A DNA stretch of 64,000 nt from Flaccisagitta enflata (lineage: Eukaryota). The stretch is from positions 21,142,001-21,206,000 of the forward strand of contig OZ231126.1 of the NCBI GenBank assembly GCA_965153355.1. The letters run 5' to 3'. Shown piece by piece: positions 43,865 through 56,950 of the stretch (within the stretch, counting starts at the first letter, position 1; the number at the start of each line of letters is the position of its first letter). The notes under the pieces were generated by a model, which saw only the letters and a list, made by a program, of their open reading frames with translations, did no database searches and had not been told where the DNA came from. Both the position numbers and the translations under genes were made by a program.

Positions 43865-44639
43865 CCCTGTTTTCAAAAGCGACTGGAACCAGCAAAACCT
43901 TTATTGTGCCTAAAGTAGTCACATTTGGATATCTGGATTTTTTTGTCTAAAAGCAAATAATCTACCATTTATTCATGCAAAATTTCATAGCAGTGGCTCT
44001 TGTGGTTTAGCTTCCACATAATTTTGAAATATGATGAAATTTCATGAAGTTTTACTTAAAAATGGCATTTTTACAGAAATTTACATCAATAAACCGTTGT
44101 CATTTTTGTAAAAACTGAGCTAAAATGACCAAGTTGGTCATAAATGGATATCCATTGACCCCTCTTTTGCATCAGTTTTAATTTTTCATGATTTTTGAAA
44201 AAATTGAGGCCTTTTATGACATTTGATGGGATAAAAAACCTTTTCAGACTTTAAAAAATAAGAAGAAAAATCAAATTTGCAACATGAAAAAAAGATGAAT
44301 ATTACAATTTTGATTGTTCTTTCTTGAGATATTTCAAAAAAGACCATTATCTATGTTTAAAGACCAATCTGGCTACTTTCATTTGATTCTTAGAGAAATG
44401 ACATTATCTTAAAGTAATGGGGGTCATTCAATCAAATTTTTGCGGAGCCTCATATGGGGCTTACTACATTTTTACTCAAAATTATGTGGGAGCCAAACTA
44501 CTAGAGCCACTGCTATGAAATTTTGCATGAGTAAATGGTAGGTCATGTGCTTTTAGACAAAACCAATCTAGATATCCAAATATGAATACTTTGGGCACAA
44601 TATAGGTTTTGCTGGTTCCAGTTGCTTTTGAAAACAGGG
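43865..44639. mobile_element. TA-flanked MITE with long TIRs (Tc1/mariner type)
   Basis: ta|ccctgttttcaaaagcgactggaaccagcaaaacct... and ...aggttttgctggttccagttgcttttgaaaacaggg|ta; the inverted similarity runs for ~170 bp. Confidence 0.85.
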
Positions 44640-44809
44640 TAATCCCCATGAAAACGCTCATATTTTGCAGGTTACAACTAACTAATTTTTGAACAAATTT
44701 ACAAAAAAAAAAAAAAAAAAAATGGTGACAGTTGGAAAGGTCCTGAAAAGATCTTTAAAATGGGGAAAAACAAGCATTTCTTGCTTAATTCGTTTAAAGT
44801 TTAAAAGCA

Positions 44810-44964
44810 AAACAAGGTTGAATGTCCAGAATATAGGCTTGAAAAAAATCGCTGGAATAGCTGGGAGAGCAATCACACCCAAAAACCTGTAGCAGCTCTA
44901 CCAATGCATGCCAAGGCGAATGCAAGCCATCATTGATGCCGGGGGAGCCCACACTCGTCATTGA
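44810..44964 (+). pseudogene. Tc1/mariner transposase C-terminal remnant
   Basis: ...ITPKNL*QLYQCMPRRMQAIIDAGGAHTRH* matches the Tc1-family C-terminal motif (L..SMPRR..AVI.A.GG.TKY) and carries an in-frame stop. Confidence 0.8.
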
Positions 44965-45859
44965 AATAAAAATTTGGCGTTTGTTTGTAGCATTTGAGCT
45001 TCATATTGAACTTATTCATTAACTGCTGCATTTCTTTTGGCAAAGATAGCATCTCAGCTTCTAAAAATGCTGGATAGATCTTTAGAAAAAAAAAATTTAA
45101 TCTTCATCAAAAAATCTTCAAAATGAGTCTGTAACTTTAACCGTTTAGAAACTACAAGCAAAAGAATAGAAACATTCATTTTGTAAATCCCCAAAATATC
45201 AAGGGTTGTAAAATGTGAAAATTTAGAGTAGTCTTTAGCATAAGATATCGTGGCTTTTGGAGCAGCTAAATACTTTTCAAAAAAGCAAAATAATCTACAT
45301 CAAAACATCTAAAAAATGAGCGCAACCTGGTTCCTGTATCTTTGATTATTTGGAAGTGGCAGACCAAACTATAATCACCTTCCGAAAGTACAAAATTTGC
45401 CTATAAATGGTGAGACAAGATCATACATAATTATCTAAAATGACTCTGAAAATTGGTTTCAAAACTTTTCAAAAAGATGTTCAGTTAAAAAATAAGTCAT
45501 CTGACATACAAACACTTTCAGTACAATGATTTAATAGATATTCAGTCAGTAAATCATATTATACCACGGTTGTATATATACTTTTTTCCTAGGTAGTATG
45601 CCTCCTTTTTCAATAACAATGCGGATCGTTTCTTTCAGATGTTAGAATGCATTCTGATGCTAGGTTTGAAAAATTAACATAGAGGGAATTCAAATATTCG
45701 CCATAAACACTGTATATTAATCTCGAGCGGTGAGGATGCGTCGGTTTTATATCTTAAGCCGCCTTACAGGCATTTGACGGTCAGACGCCAACTTCTCGAG
45801 CTTCCGACGAAACATTCCGCGGCTCGTTTGAAGTGGTCAAAGCTTACTGGACGACGATA

Positions 45860-45891
<32 letters not shown>

Positions 45892-46302
45892 ATAGGAATG
45901 GGGGGGAGAAGAAAAATTTTAAAACAGTAATGAAAGAGGATAAGGTTGGAAGAGTGATGAAAAGGAAGAATGATGAAAGAAAAAGAAGAAGATGAAAACC
46001 AAAAGGAACAAAAGAAAAAGAAAAGAAGAAGGAGAAAAAAAGAAACGAGAAAAAAGAAAAAAAAAGGAAAAAGAGGAAGGACAAAAAAAGGAAAGGAAAA
46101 GAAAAGAGACAAAAAATAAGAAAAAAGAAAAAAAAAAAAAAGAAACAGAAACAGAAAAAGAATAAAGAATAGAGCTGATGCAATGGATGGGAACTTAGAG
46201 AAGAAGAGAGTAAATAAATGAACTTGAAGGCCAGAAAAAAACGGGGATCCTTGATTAATTTTTAAGAAAATTTTTACTTCAAAACTACTGAAAATTGTCT
46301 GA

Positions 46303-47301
46303 AACAAGGCCAAGAGATGTCCAATAGATGCGTCCTCTTTAGACGTAAGATATAATCATACAAATTATTAGGATATGTAGATATTAAGACATAATAATAT
46401 AAAAATATAAAGATTCAGAGATAAAGAGAAAAAGTTAAATTGATTCATCTCTCCCCCCCACGTCTCCCCACCCCTCCCCCCACGCCTCCCCACCCCCCCC
46501 CCCACGCCTCCCCACCCCTCCCCACGCCTCCCCACCCCACCCCCCACGCCTCCCCACCCCTCCCCCCACCCCACCCCTCCCCCACGCCTCCCCACCCCTC
46601 CCCCCCTCCCCCACGCCTTCCCCCCCCCTCCCCTCCTCCCCCCACACCTCCCCCCACCCCCCGCCTCATCCTCACGAAGAGACATGAAGGGACTTGGAAG
46701 ACATGGAGAGATATGGAGAGACATGAGGAAATATGAGAAGACATTTAGAGACATGAAGAGACATAAGAGACATAAGAGACATAAGACACATAAGACACAT
46801 AAGAGACACAAGAGACACAAGAGACATAAGAGACATAAGAGACATAAGAGATATAAGAGATAAGAGACATAAGAGATAAGAGACATAAGAGATATAAGAG
46901 ATATAAGAGATATGATATATAAGAGACATAAGAGACATATGAGACATATGAGACATATGAGACATATGGGAGACATAAGAGACATATAGGAGACAAAAGA
47001 GACATAGACATAAGACTCATAAGAGACATAGGAGACAAAAGAGACCTAAGATACATAAGAGAAATAAGAGATATAAGAGACATATAGGAGACATGAGAGA
47101 CATATAGGAGACAAAAGAGATGAAAGAGATGAAAGAGATGAAAGAGACAAAAGAAATATAAGAGACAAGAAGATACATGAAGAGAAATGAAGAGAAAACC
47201 TTGAAAATCGCGTTTTGAAATTTTCGTGTGACAGACAGACAGACATTCAGACCTACCGACCAAGGGACAGACCCTCTTATAGAGATGCGAGGACGCATCT
47301 A
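46303..47301 (-). mobile_element. HINE family B-like copy with 9-bp (gacataaga)n array and C-rich tract
   Basis: aacaaggccaagagatgtccaatagatgcgtcc ... gagatgcgaggacgcatcta. Confidence 0.65.
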
Positions 47302-47419
47302 AAAAGTAAACCCATTCTTTTTGTGTACATTTCTGAATTGTTCATTTCACATAAGTACCAAATCCACACTTCAACTTCAATTGACCGGGCCACCCATTTT
47401 CCTGGACGTTCCTAGTGTC

Positions 47420-47545
47420 CATTTTTTACGACACTCGGATTTTGGGGGCCAATATGGCGGCATGAACCGAATCACATGACCGTCGCTCTGACCAATGAAA
47501 AGTTTTATTACGTCACATGACACTTTTCGACCAATCAAGCGTCAG
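47420..47545. promoter_or_regulatory. Promoter/enhancer-like motif cluster
   Basis: Three CCAAT boxes (47449, 47492, 47531), YY1-like AATATGGCGG (47451), two TCACATGAC E-boxes (47472, 47513), TTTTACGAC (47424) and TTTTATTACGTCA (47503), all in unique sequence. Confidence 0.5.
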
Positions 47546-47721
47546 GATATCCTCCGATTGTTTCATCCTTCATCAGCGATCGCAAAGTTTCTGTGTGTAG
47601 GATGAGTGTGTTTGTGTGTGTGTATCGTTGAGGAGAAAGAGGAAGGAAAACTTCGATCAATGATGTCTGGTTATGTTTCGCTTTCAGTTTCGCCCTCGCC
47701 TCTCTCTCTTTCTCTTTCTCT

Positions 47722-47764
<43 letters not shown>

Positions 47765-48068
47765 CTGTTCAACATTTCAAGATCTTTGTTGGTACACGCG
47801 TTCAACAAAAGTAAAAAATACCTTCTCTCTCTCTCTCTCTCTCTCTCTGGTTTTTTTTTCATCCGAATTTCTTCATCCGTTTCGTGCAACAAAAGTCTCT
47901 CTTTTTCTCCCTCTCTTTTGGCCTGTCTACCACCATTTTCAGGCTTTTCATTATTCAGCTGATGATGTTCCTTCTTTTTTGTTCTTTCTCTTTTCTGCTA
48001 TTGCTTTCTGCTTTCAAACCATACTCAAGATCCTCAGACCGCCGCTCCCTTTTTTCCTGTCTTATTTT

Positions 48069-48203
48069 TAGGTGCGACAAAGCACCTCTATAACTGGCTG
48101 TGTCCGTTGGTCAGTCGGTTGGTTGGTCGGTTGGTCGGTCGGTTGGTAACGCATTCGTTCGACGATCCACACGTCGCACCTTATTGGCCTACTTGGCCTT
48201 GTT
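48069..48203 (+). mobile_element. HINE family C, representative copy
   Basis: taggtgcgacaaagcacct-ctataactggctgtgtcc-(ggtt/ggtc)n-gtcgcacct-tattggcctacttggccttgtt. Other copies: 17228-17347 (-) and ~60543-60676 (+). Confidence 0.75.
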
Positions 48204-50061
48204 AAGAGAGGAGATTCACTTTGTGGTCCACGGTTGAAAGAAAAATCGGCTTTCGTTTTCACCAAAACGTGGTTTCTAAGTTTTGTTTGGACAAGATTTT
48301 TCATTTTTCTTGACTGAAGAATGGGTAAATGGAACAACGAAAACAAGACAAATTATGACAATTTTCCACCGGTCGGCTTTGAGGTCAGCAAAACTATATG
48401 AGTAAAATACAGCCCCCTTTAAATGAAAACAAAAATGCAAAACAAAAAACGAGTAAATTACTTTTATCAAACAGATTCGGATGTAGTATTACTTGCGAAC
48501 ATATTCGACTAGTATTCGCAAATTCTCATCCTGCCCAAATAAAGAAATTTTTAAAGAAAGGTAAAGGAAATCATCATCGTCTTCCATTGTATAACGTAAA
48601 GAGCTTGCTAATCAAAAATGGCCTCTTAACTAGACTTTAAACTGCGTCTGAACTAAAAACGAAAACGAAACGAAACAAGACGATTTTCGTGCCCAGTGGC
48701 TGGTCTTGTAAGAACGTGGTCACTAGGCAATAAACAGACCGACGGACCGACTGCCCGTCGGCCTTAATTTCTCAAAGACATGCATCTTTACATGTTAACG
48801 CATAAAGGCAAGTATCGCCGACTGAAAACTTGTAAACCCGGGATTTTTTTCTCTTTATATTAGAATGCCTTCTCTGACTTTTTTCTCACTCTGGGAATGT
48901 GAATTGGTAATTCAAACCAGCAACTCATGAATCACAGGTTTGTTTTGAGTTTCCCGTTTGTGTGAGTGTTTTTGATCATTTCAATAATCCCATTTATTAT
49001 TCCAATTTATTGGTTGGTTAGGTTGAAGGCTGTGTGGCTGGCTAGTTTGTTTAAATCCTCATAAGCGATGCCTCCATTGAGATTTGAATTTTTAGGACTT
49101 GATACATGATTTAACCAAGTTGTCCAAAAATTGTTAAAATCATAGCATTTTTAGTTTTAGACGATGCGAAATTGGCTGGCAAAGTGATTTATGAGCATTA
49201 CTGCCCCTGCCCTGCCACAATACAGCCCCCGCCAGCTCACATACTAACCCTGCCCACCTGTGTTACTGCCCCTGCCACCTGCAAGTTACTTCTTATTGGC
49301 CGTGTATCCGACCTTGTTAAACAAAATCAGGCATGCTTTGGTTCAATTTGGCCGGTCTGTAACACTCAGATCCTCATGAATGATATGCATGTCTAGAGCT
49401 TTGGGTGACTCCAAGTTTCAACTTTAAGCCAAAGGTAAGACACTTTTTAGTCGCGTGCCGCGACTCTACACCCCGCTTTGTCCGTCCGTCCGTCTGTCGG
49501 TTTGTCTGTCAGTCCATCAGACTTTTAGTTTTTTTATCATTTTTTTCTTTAAGTCATTTTTAGGTCAGTTGAGAGTATACTTAGTCATTCTAAATGTAAG
49601 TCTCGCACGCGACTTATAGGTGTTGGCCTTGTTAGTAGCGGACTGGCGACTCTTTAGTCGGCTTTGTCCGTCTGTTGGTCCGTCTATCTATGGGTCACAA
49701 TTGAGTTGAGAAGTTGAAAAATGCACATTCATGATGTGGTTGCAAGTGTGTGGGGAGGGGGGTTCTGTGAGTGTGCGTGAGGAAAACAGGGGTTGTTGAG
49801 CCTGCCCACCTGTCCGCGACGATATTGTAACCCCGGGTTACTTGTCCGAACACTTATCAGGATTTCTGTTTGTTGCCTCTGACACCCAGATTCTAGCCTC
49901 TAAATAAGATCAAATTTAAGAGTTAGATCCAGATTCTGCTCTCTCAGACAAAGATTCAGGCCTCTTTGACCCAAATCCTGGCCACCAGAGCCCCAATCCT
50001 GGCCTCAGAGACCCAGATCCTAATCACTCAGTCAGCCTCTCAGACCCAGCTTTCGGCCTTA

Positions 50062-50658
50062 CTACCATGGAAATAAATATACGGACAGCTGGAGAAAAGT
50101 TAGCCTTTTCACTCACTGAATGAAGTATATGCCCAAATCATTAAATTTTTAGTCATTATATGGTATTTTGATCTATCAAGAGCTTCTGTTCTGACTTTTA
50201 ATGGGATTCGTCTATGAATCCGTGTATCCTTTGCCTCTCAAAAACCAACAAAAAAATCAAAGAATCAGTTTTGTTTTCTTTCATTACTAGATAATTTAAG
50301 GGCAATATGATTGACTGCAGTCCTCAATTTTTTTAACAATCAAAAAATTTGTCAAGAATGTGATCTATTGAGATCAAGCAAAATGATTTTGCTCAATCCG
50401 TATAGATATGAGAGCTATTTCAATGTAGGTTTTCCTTTGAAGATATGAAGTGAAAACCTCTAAATAAGATTTTGGTAAAATGACAGTTTTCTTCAAAACG
50501 CTCTCATTTGGAAACGGATTGAGCTACCAAGCTCTGCTTGGTCTTGAATGGAAGATTTTTTGTCATAGTTTATGGATCTGCTGTCATTGTTTTATTGGAT
50601 ATGAAAGTTTAGCTGCTATAATCATGGTTAGGTATCCGTATATTTATTTCCAAGATAG
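50062..50658. mobile_element. TA-flanked MITE
   Basis: ta|ctaccatggaaataaatatacgga ... tccgtatatttatttccaagatag|ta. Confidence 0.75.
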
Positions 50659-50707
50659 TATATATCCTGATCCAAGTCACCGCGCCGTGGCACAGATCTC
50701 AGCCTTC

Positions 50708-51016
50708 CAGGCCTGTATATTCTTGAGTTTTGCCCCCCCCCCCGGTGGGGGGGGGGGAAATGGGGAAGGAATTGAAAGGGGGAAAAAAGAGAAAAAAAGG
50801 AAATTTGGGGAAAATATAACTTTTTACAGTACCAAATCATAAAACTCAATTAGTAAAACACAATTTAACACTATTTAAACCTTAACTACATAGTTTTATT
50901 GCTATATGGGGAAGAAAATCATGGATATAAAAACATGACGCGACGCATCGCGGGGAAGAAAATCAAAGGCAGGGGGGGGAAAAAAATCAAAAGCGACTCA
51001 AGAATATACACCCCTG
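50708..51016. mobile_element. hAT-type MITE, 8-bp TSD cagccttc
   Basis: cagccttc|caggcctgtatattcttgagt ... actcaagaatatacacccctg|cagccttc. Confidence 0.85.
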
Positions 51017-51220
51017 CAGCCTTCATTATCCTGATCCCTCTCTGGGACCCAAATCCTGGTCAGATGGATAGATAGACTCCCCTCGCGCTCTACAAGACTT
51101 TGTCCCCCTTAGGGCCGCTGTCTTACTCATATCCCACTACACTCACAAACCACTCAAGCAGGGCACGGGTACCGCTGACCACATACTGCCTTTGGGCTGC
51201 TATTTCGTGCTTCTTCTGCC

Positions 51221-51784
51221 TTTTTGGGCAGCGGCCCCGAAGGGGTCTATGACCTATGCTTTCACACATATGGGGATTTTCTCCTCCTTCTTCTTTTAGG
51301 TCCCCCCCCTCAAATCCCAGTCTCGAGGCCCAAATTCTGGTCTCAAGGCCTAAATCCCAGTCTTCAGGCCCAAATCCCAGCCTCAAGGCCCAAATCCTAG
51401 CCTCAAGGCCCAAATCCTAGCCAGGAGGCCCAGATTTCAGTCTTGAAGCCCAAATCTCAGCCTCAAGGTCAAAATCTCAGCCAAGAGGCCCAGATCCCAG
51501 CCTTGAGGCTCAAATCTCAGCCTCCTGGCTAGGATTTGGGCCTTGAGGCTAGGATTTGGGCCTTGAGGCTGGGATTTGGGCCTCAAGACTAGGATTTGGG
51601 CCTTGAGACCAGAATTTGAGACTGGGATTTGAGGGGGGGAACGGAGGAGAAGAAGGAGGAAAAAATCCCCCATATGTGTGAAAGCATCGGTCAGCGACCC
51701 CTTCAGGGCCGCTGCCCTGCTCCCCCCTCAACTTCAACCACATTCTACTGGTACCGCTGACCATCTAACGCTTTTGCGACTATT
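51221..51784 (+). mobile_element. HINE-like family D copy, nearly fully palindromic
   Basis: Same termini as 30645-31089, but the 20-bp array reverses orientation near 51520. Confidence 0.7.
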
Positions 51785-52574
51785 TGCCACTCAAGCTACT
51801 GCCAATAAATTGTCTGTCCCTCCCTCTGTTTTGAGTTTGTATTTTGAGTTGTATTTCCCGTCCTTTTGGGCAGCGGCCGATGACCTATGCTTTCACATAT
51901 GCAGAAATTTCTCCTTCTCCTTCTTCTTTGTACCTCCCCCCGGCCTCGAGACCCAATTCCTAGCCTCAAGGCCAAATCCTAGCCTTCTGACCCAAATCCC
52001 AGCCGTGAGGCCCAAACCCCAGCCTTGAGGCCCAAATCCAAGCTTCCAGGCCCATATCCCAGCCTCAAGGCCCAAAACCCAGCCTCAAAGCCAAAGTTCC
52101 AGCCGCAAGGCTCAAATCCCAGCCCCCATTCTGACGGCAAAGCCGAAATCCCAAGCTAAAGGTCCAAGGTCTAACCTTAAGGCCCATATCTCAACTCCTA
52201 AACCCATACTTCACCTTGTAAAATCACAGTTACTGAAAGAGCAAAGGTCATCAGTCCCTTTGGGGCCGCTGCCCCTCTAACCACCTCACACTCACATACG
52301 CTAACATAGGGGCAACGGGTACCGCTGACCATTAAACGCTTTTGCGACTATTTGGTTTTCAATGTCTCCTACTTTTCCAATCTGTCGTTGATCGTCTTCC
52401 AGTCTGTCTGTCTATCTGTCTGTCTTTCTGTCTCTCTGTCCCGCCGTCTTTAGTTTTTTTTCTCCTGTCAATCTGGTAATGTTTGTTTGTTACTGTCTGT
52501 CTGTCTTTCTGTTAGTCTGTCCATTTGTATGATGTCCGACACTCACTCTACCTGGTCGTCTTTTTATGTATTTT

Positions 52575-53292
<718 letters not shown>

Positions 53293-53756
53293 GTCGTTTT
53301 GATTTCCTCTCCTACTTTAGCTTCTCCCTCTTTCCTATTTCACTTTCATTTTTTTCTCTTCCTCATGTTTTTTTTTATAGTTTTTCATTTTGACTCACTT
53401 TGGCTTGTGACACTTTCTTTGTAATTGGAGAGGAAAAACAGTTTCTCTCGCACCCTTTCCTCCTTCTGCTCCACCTCCTCCTCAATTGCTCCTCTTCTTC
53501 ATCTTCCTCCTCTTTTCTGCAAAGTCTTGGCATATCTTTTCCCTGACTTTTTCCCTTTTAATTCACTTTCACTTTCCTAGTTTTCGATTCTGGGAAGTAT
53601 CACGCAAACTAAATATTTTTTCCGGCATTTTCCAATTTTCTTTCTTACGCTCTTTCAATCTTTTCTCTATCATTTTCTCTTTCTCTTTCTCTTTTCCTTA
53701 TTAAATAACGCTCGTTCCAAAGATATTCTTGACTGTTTAAAAAACTCTACTTGACC

Positions 53757-53787
<31 letters not shown>

Positions 53788-53870
53788 CAAAAAATCGCGA
53801 CGACTCAACCCGCCTCGCACCTTCTAAGCCACGCGGCCGTCCACCTGTCTTAACCTCCGTACTGATAACC

Positions 53871-53932
<62 letters not shown>

Positions 53933-53959
53933 ACTGTCAAAGGATCTTCGCGCGTGAAC

Positions 53960-54040
<81 letters not shown>

Positions 54041-56324
54041 GTTTTTTCTCACGTCGTCGTCCTACGTGTGTGCGTGTGTGTCTTTGCCTTCTCTCACCCA
54101 TCCACTTTTTTTTCGCCTCGTCTTTCTTTTTTTTTCTTCGCCTTGTGCTTTATATTCTCAGCCAGTCTCGTGTTACCCTGAAGAGCCGAGCTCGTGTGCG
54201 CGCGCGCGTGCGCCTTTGGTCACACCTCGACTCAAGGGGTAGAACGCGACTTGGCACCAACGACGATGGCGATGACGAAAACGGCGATGGTGACGACGTA
54301 AACGGCGATGGCGATGACGAAAACGACGATGGCGACTACGAAAACGACTAATGAACGCGACGACGGTCTGGCGTGTACGTTAGCGTGTGAATACGCGTGT
54401 GTGCGTTTGCACGACCAACAAATGAGCAGCCATGGCAACCACCGGTGGGTGTCTGCTATAACGATGGTAACGACGGAGAAGACGACAAAAACAACGAAAA
54501 TTTACGCGAAAACCCAACATATGGGCGTCCCACTCATAGACAGAGATAAACAACATTAGAAAACACAACAGCTTCATCCTTCAAGCCAGCTTTCTCTTTA
54601 AATTCTGTCTAAACTGCGTTATCAAAAATCAATCACACCTCATACGTCGGGGAGAAACTTACGCACAGACAAACTGAAACTTCTAGTCGCGGACACGCGA
54701 CTCCATAAGCCACTTTTTGGTCTGGCATAATCTCCTGTATAGTTGTTTACCGCCCCTGACCAATAGCCACTTTTCGGTCCGCCCCAATTTCATTTTTAGG
54801 TGTTTTCCGTCTCTGCCCAATCGCCACTTTTTGGTCTGTTACAATTTCCTGTTAAGGTTGTTTTATTTTTCGCTCCTGCCCAATCGCCACTTTCACAATT
54901 TCCTGTTTAATAAGGTTTGTTCCGCTCCCGTCCTAGCTCAAACACCTCAAAACTCAGCGTGTTATGATAGATGGAATTATATCCCTCACTATACCCAAAC
55001 TGAAAAATATGGAAGAGAGCCTTGTGAGCCCTCACTGACTAGTTACTACGCGCATCACTCCTAGTTTTCTATTTAGAAAAACTAACTTGCAAACTTCCAT
55101 TCTGAGTCTAACCCAAAACACTAATGCTTACCAAAATAGATAAGGGCTGATGATTGTTACCTTTATCACCAAAATTCAACAAATCACCCGAGGGTAACAT
55201 TGTTAAGAAACCATACCCTTGAAGGATAGAATCGAGGTCAAGCTTAATGCGACCGCCGGACATTCTTATCCAAGGTACTGAGTAGTATGATAGGTGTTAT
55301 CATTTTATAGCTACTCTTGCACCTTGCCTTAACTTGATCGCTCTCTTTTCATTGCCCATGACAGTTCTTTCAGCGAGTTCTTTTTTCTAATTTCGATATT
55401 TTGAGGAATACCCATTTGGCCATCACCTAAAATCAATGTCGTGATCACAAGCAGGTGTGCTTTTTAGATGCGTCCGTCAGGAACGCATCTCTATAAGAGG
55501 GTCTGTCCGTCCGTCCGTCCGTCCGTCCGTCCGTCCGTATGTCCGTTATGCAAGTGCAAAAACCGCGTTTCTCCACGCGTTTGGCCACGACGAGATCCTG
55601 TAATGAAACAAATGATCAACCAACATGTTTTTAGAGCCTCCTTTACTACTTAGTCGTTTCACCCGTCTGTTTGTCTATCTGTCTCCCCATATATGTCACA
55701 TGATCAATACATGCAGAGACACGGCCCGGACGCATCGTTGTTCTTCATTCTTCGAGTAGCAAATATTTTCCCTTATGATCTTCCGACCAGACAAATACTC
55801 CATCGCCCGGGCGCGCCCTCAGTTTCGAGATGACCTTGGTCATACTAAAGCACGTTACGTCTCAATAGCGATGCGAGGAGCTCATTTGCATATTGCAGTA
55901 GCAAGGTTTGTTTCTCCATTTAAAACAACCTTCTTTCGTCTCAGATTTATCAACATGCCACTGTATTAAGTGTTGTATCTCTAAATCAAAAAATGAAAAT
56001 CTTTGATCTGTAAGATCGTTTCAATTGAGTTGCGATAAAGAACGTTGATAAAGATTTCAGTGAGTCTCAACCTCAAAGATTACCATTGATTTAACTCCAA
56101 GTGACACATGCTATTCGAGTATCGTAGAACAAACCTTCCGGATTACCTTCCGAGGGGATTTTTAGATGGCGGGGGACTTTTCCCGCCAAGAAACCGGTGG
56201 AGCGGAGCTAAGGTGAAAGGATTGAGGCCCTATACCAAAAGAAGTGGTAGAATGTGCAATGATAAAGTGGGGTGCATCAGAAAACATGAAATTAACCATA
56301 AATCTCTATTTCTCCTTGTTGTTA

Positions 56325-56483
56325 TCTTCTTCCTCTTTCTCTTATCCTTCATATTCTTCTTCTTATCCTTCTTCCTCATCTTCTTCTTCTTCTTCTTCTT
56401 CTTCTTCTTCTTCTTCTTCTTCTTCTTCTTCTTCTTCTTCTTCTTCTTCTTCTTCTTCTTCTTCTTCTTCTTCTTCTTCTTCT

Positions 56484-56515
<32 letters not shown>

Positions 56516-56950
56516 CTCCTAGTTATGTTCTATGAAATGCTGTTATAACCGTCAATATAGATATTATTTATACTGCCTGTTTCTATTGCCTTAACCTGTT
56601 GTATGATACTTTCGTCCTTTCCTTATTGGCAGTTTTCCAGTGTTTTATTGTTATTTATCCAAAGCATCCTCCTCTTCTTCGTCTTCTTCGTCTTCTTCTT
56701 TTTCTTTTTGTTTTTGTTTTTCATTTTCTTTTTCATTTTTTTCTTCTTTTTCTTTTACTTTTTCTTTTTTTTTTTCGTTTTCTTTTTCTTTTTCGTTTTC
56801 TTTTTCTTTTTCTTTTTCTTTTTTTTCCTTCTTTTTCTCTTTTCTTTTTCCTTCTTCTTCTTCTTCTTCTTCTTCTTCTTCTTCTTCTTCTTCTTCTTCT
56901 TCTTCTTCTTCTTCTTCTTCTTCTTCTTCATCTTCTTCTTCTTCTTCTTC
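56325..56950. repeat. (CTT)n and T-rich microsatellite tracts (a similar tract lies at ~410-585)
   Basis: Directly visible. Confidence 0.95.

Larger units (their letters stand above)
43671..45050 (+). mobile_element. Internally deleted Tc1-like element carrying the transposase remnant
   Basis: Imperfect TIRs atcttcgccgaaagaaacgcagcagtta (43674) and taactgctgcatttcttttggcaaagat (45020-45047). Termini are degenerate. Confidence 0.7.
43618..45604. mobile_element. Outer TIR element with GAG...CTC ends and 4-bp TSD (Sola-like)
   Basis: cttt|gaggcaataatactatctaggaaataagtatatatac ... gtatatatacttttttcctaggtagtatgcctc|cttt. Confidence 0.65.
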
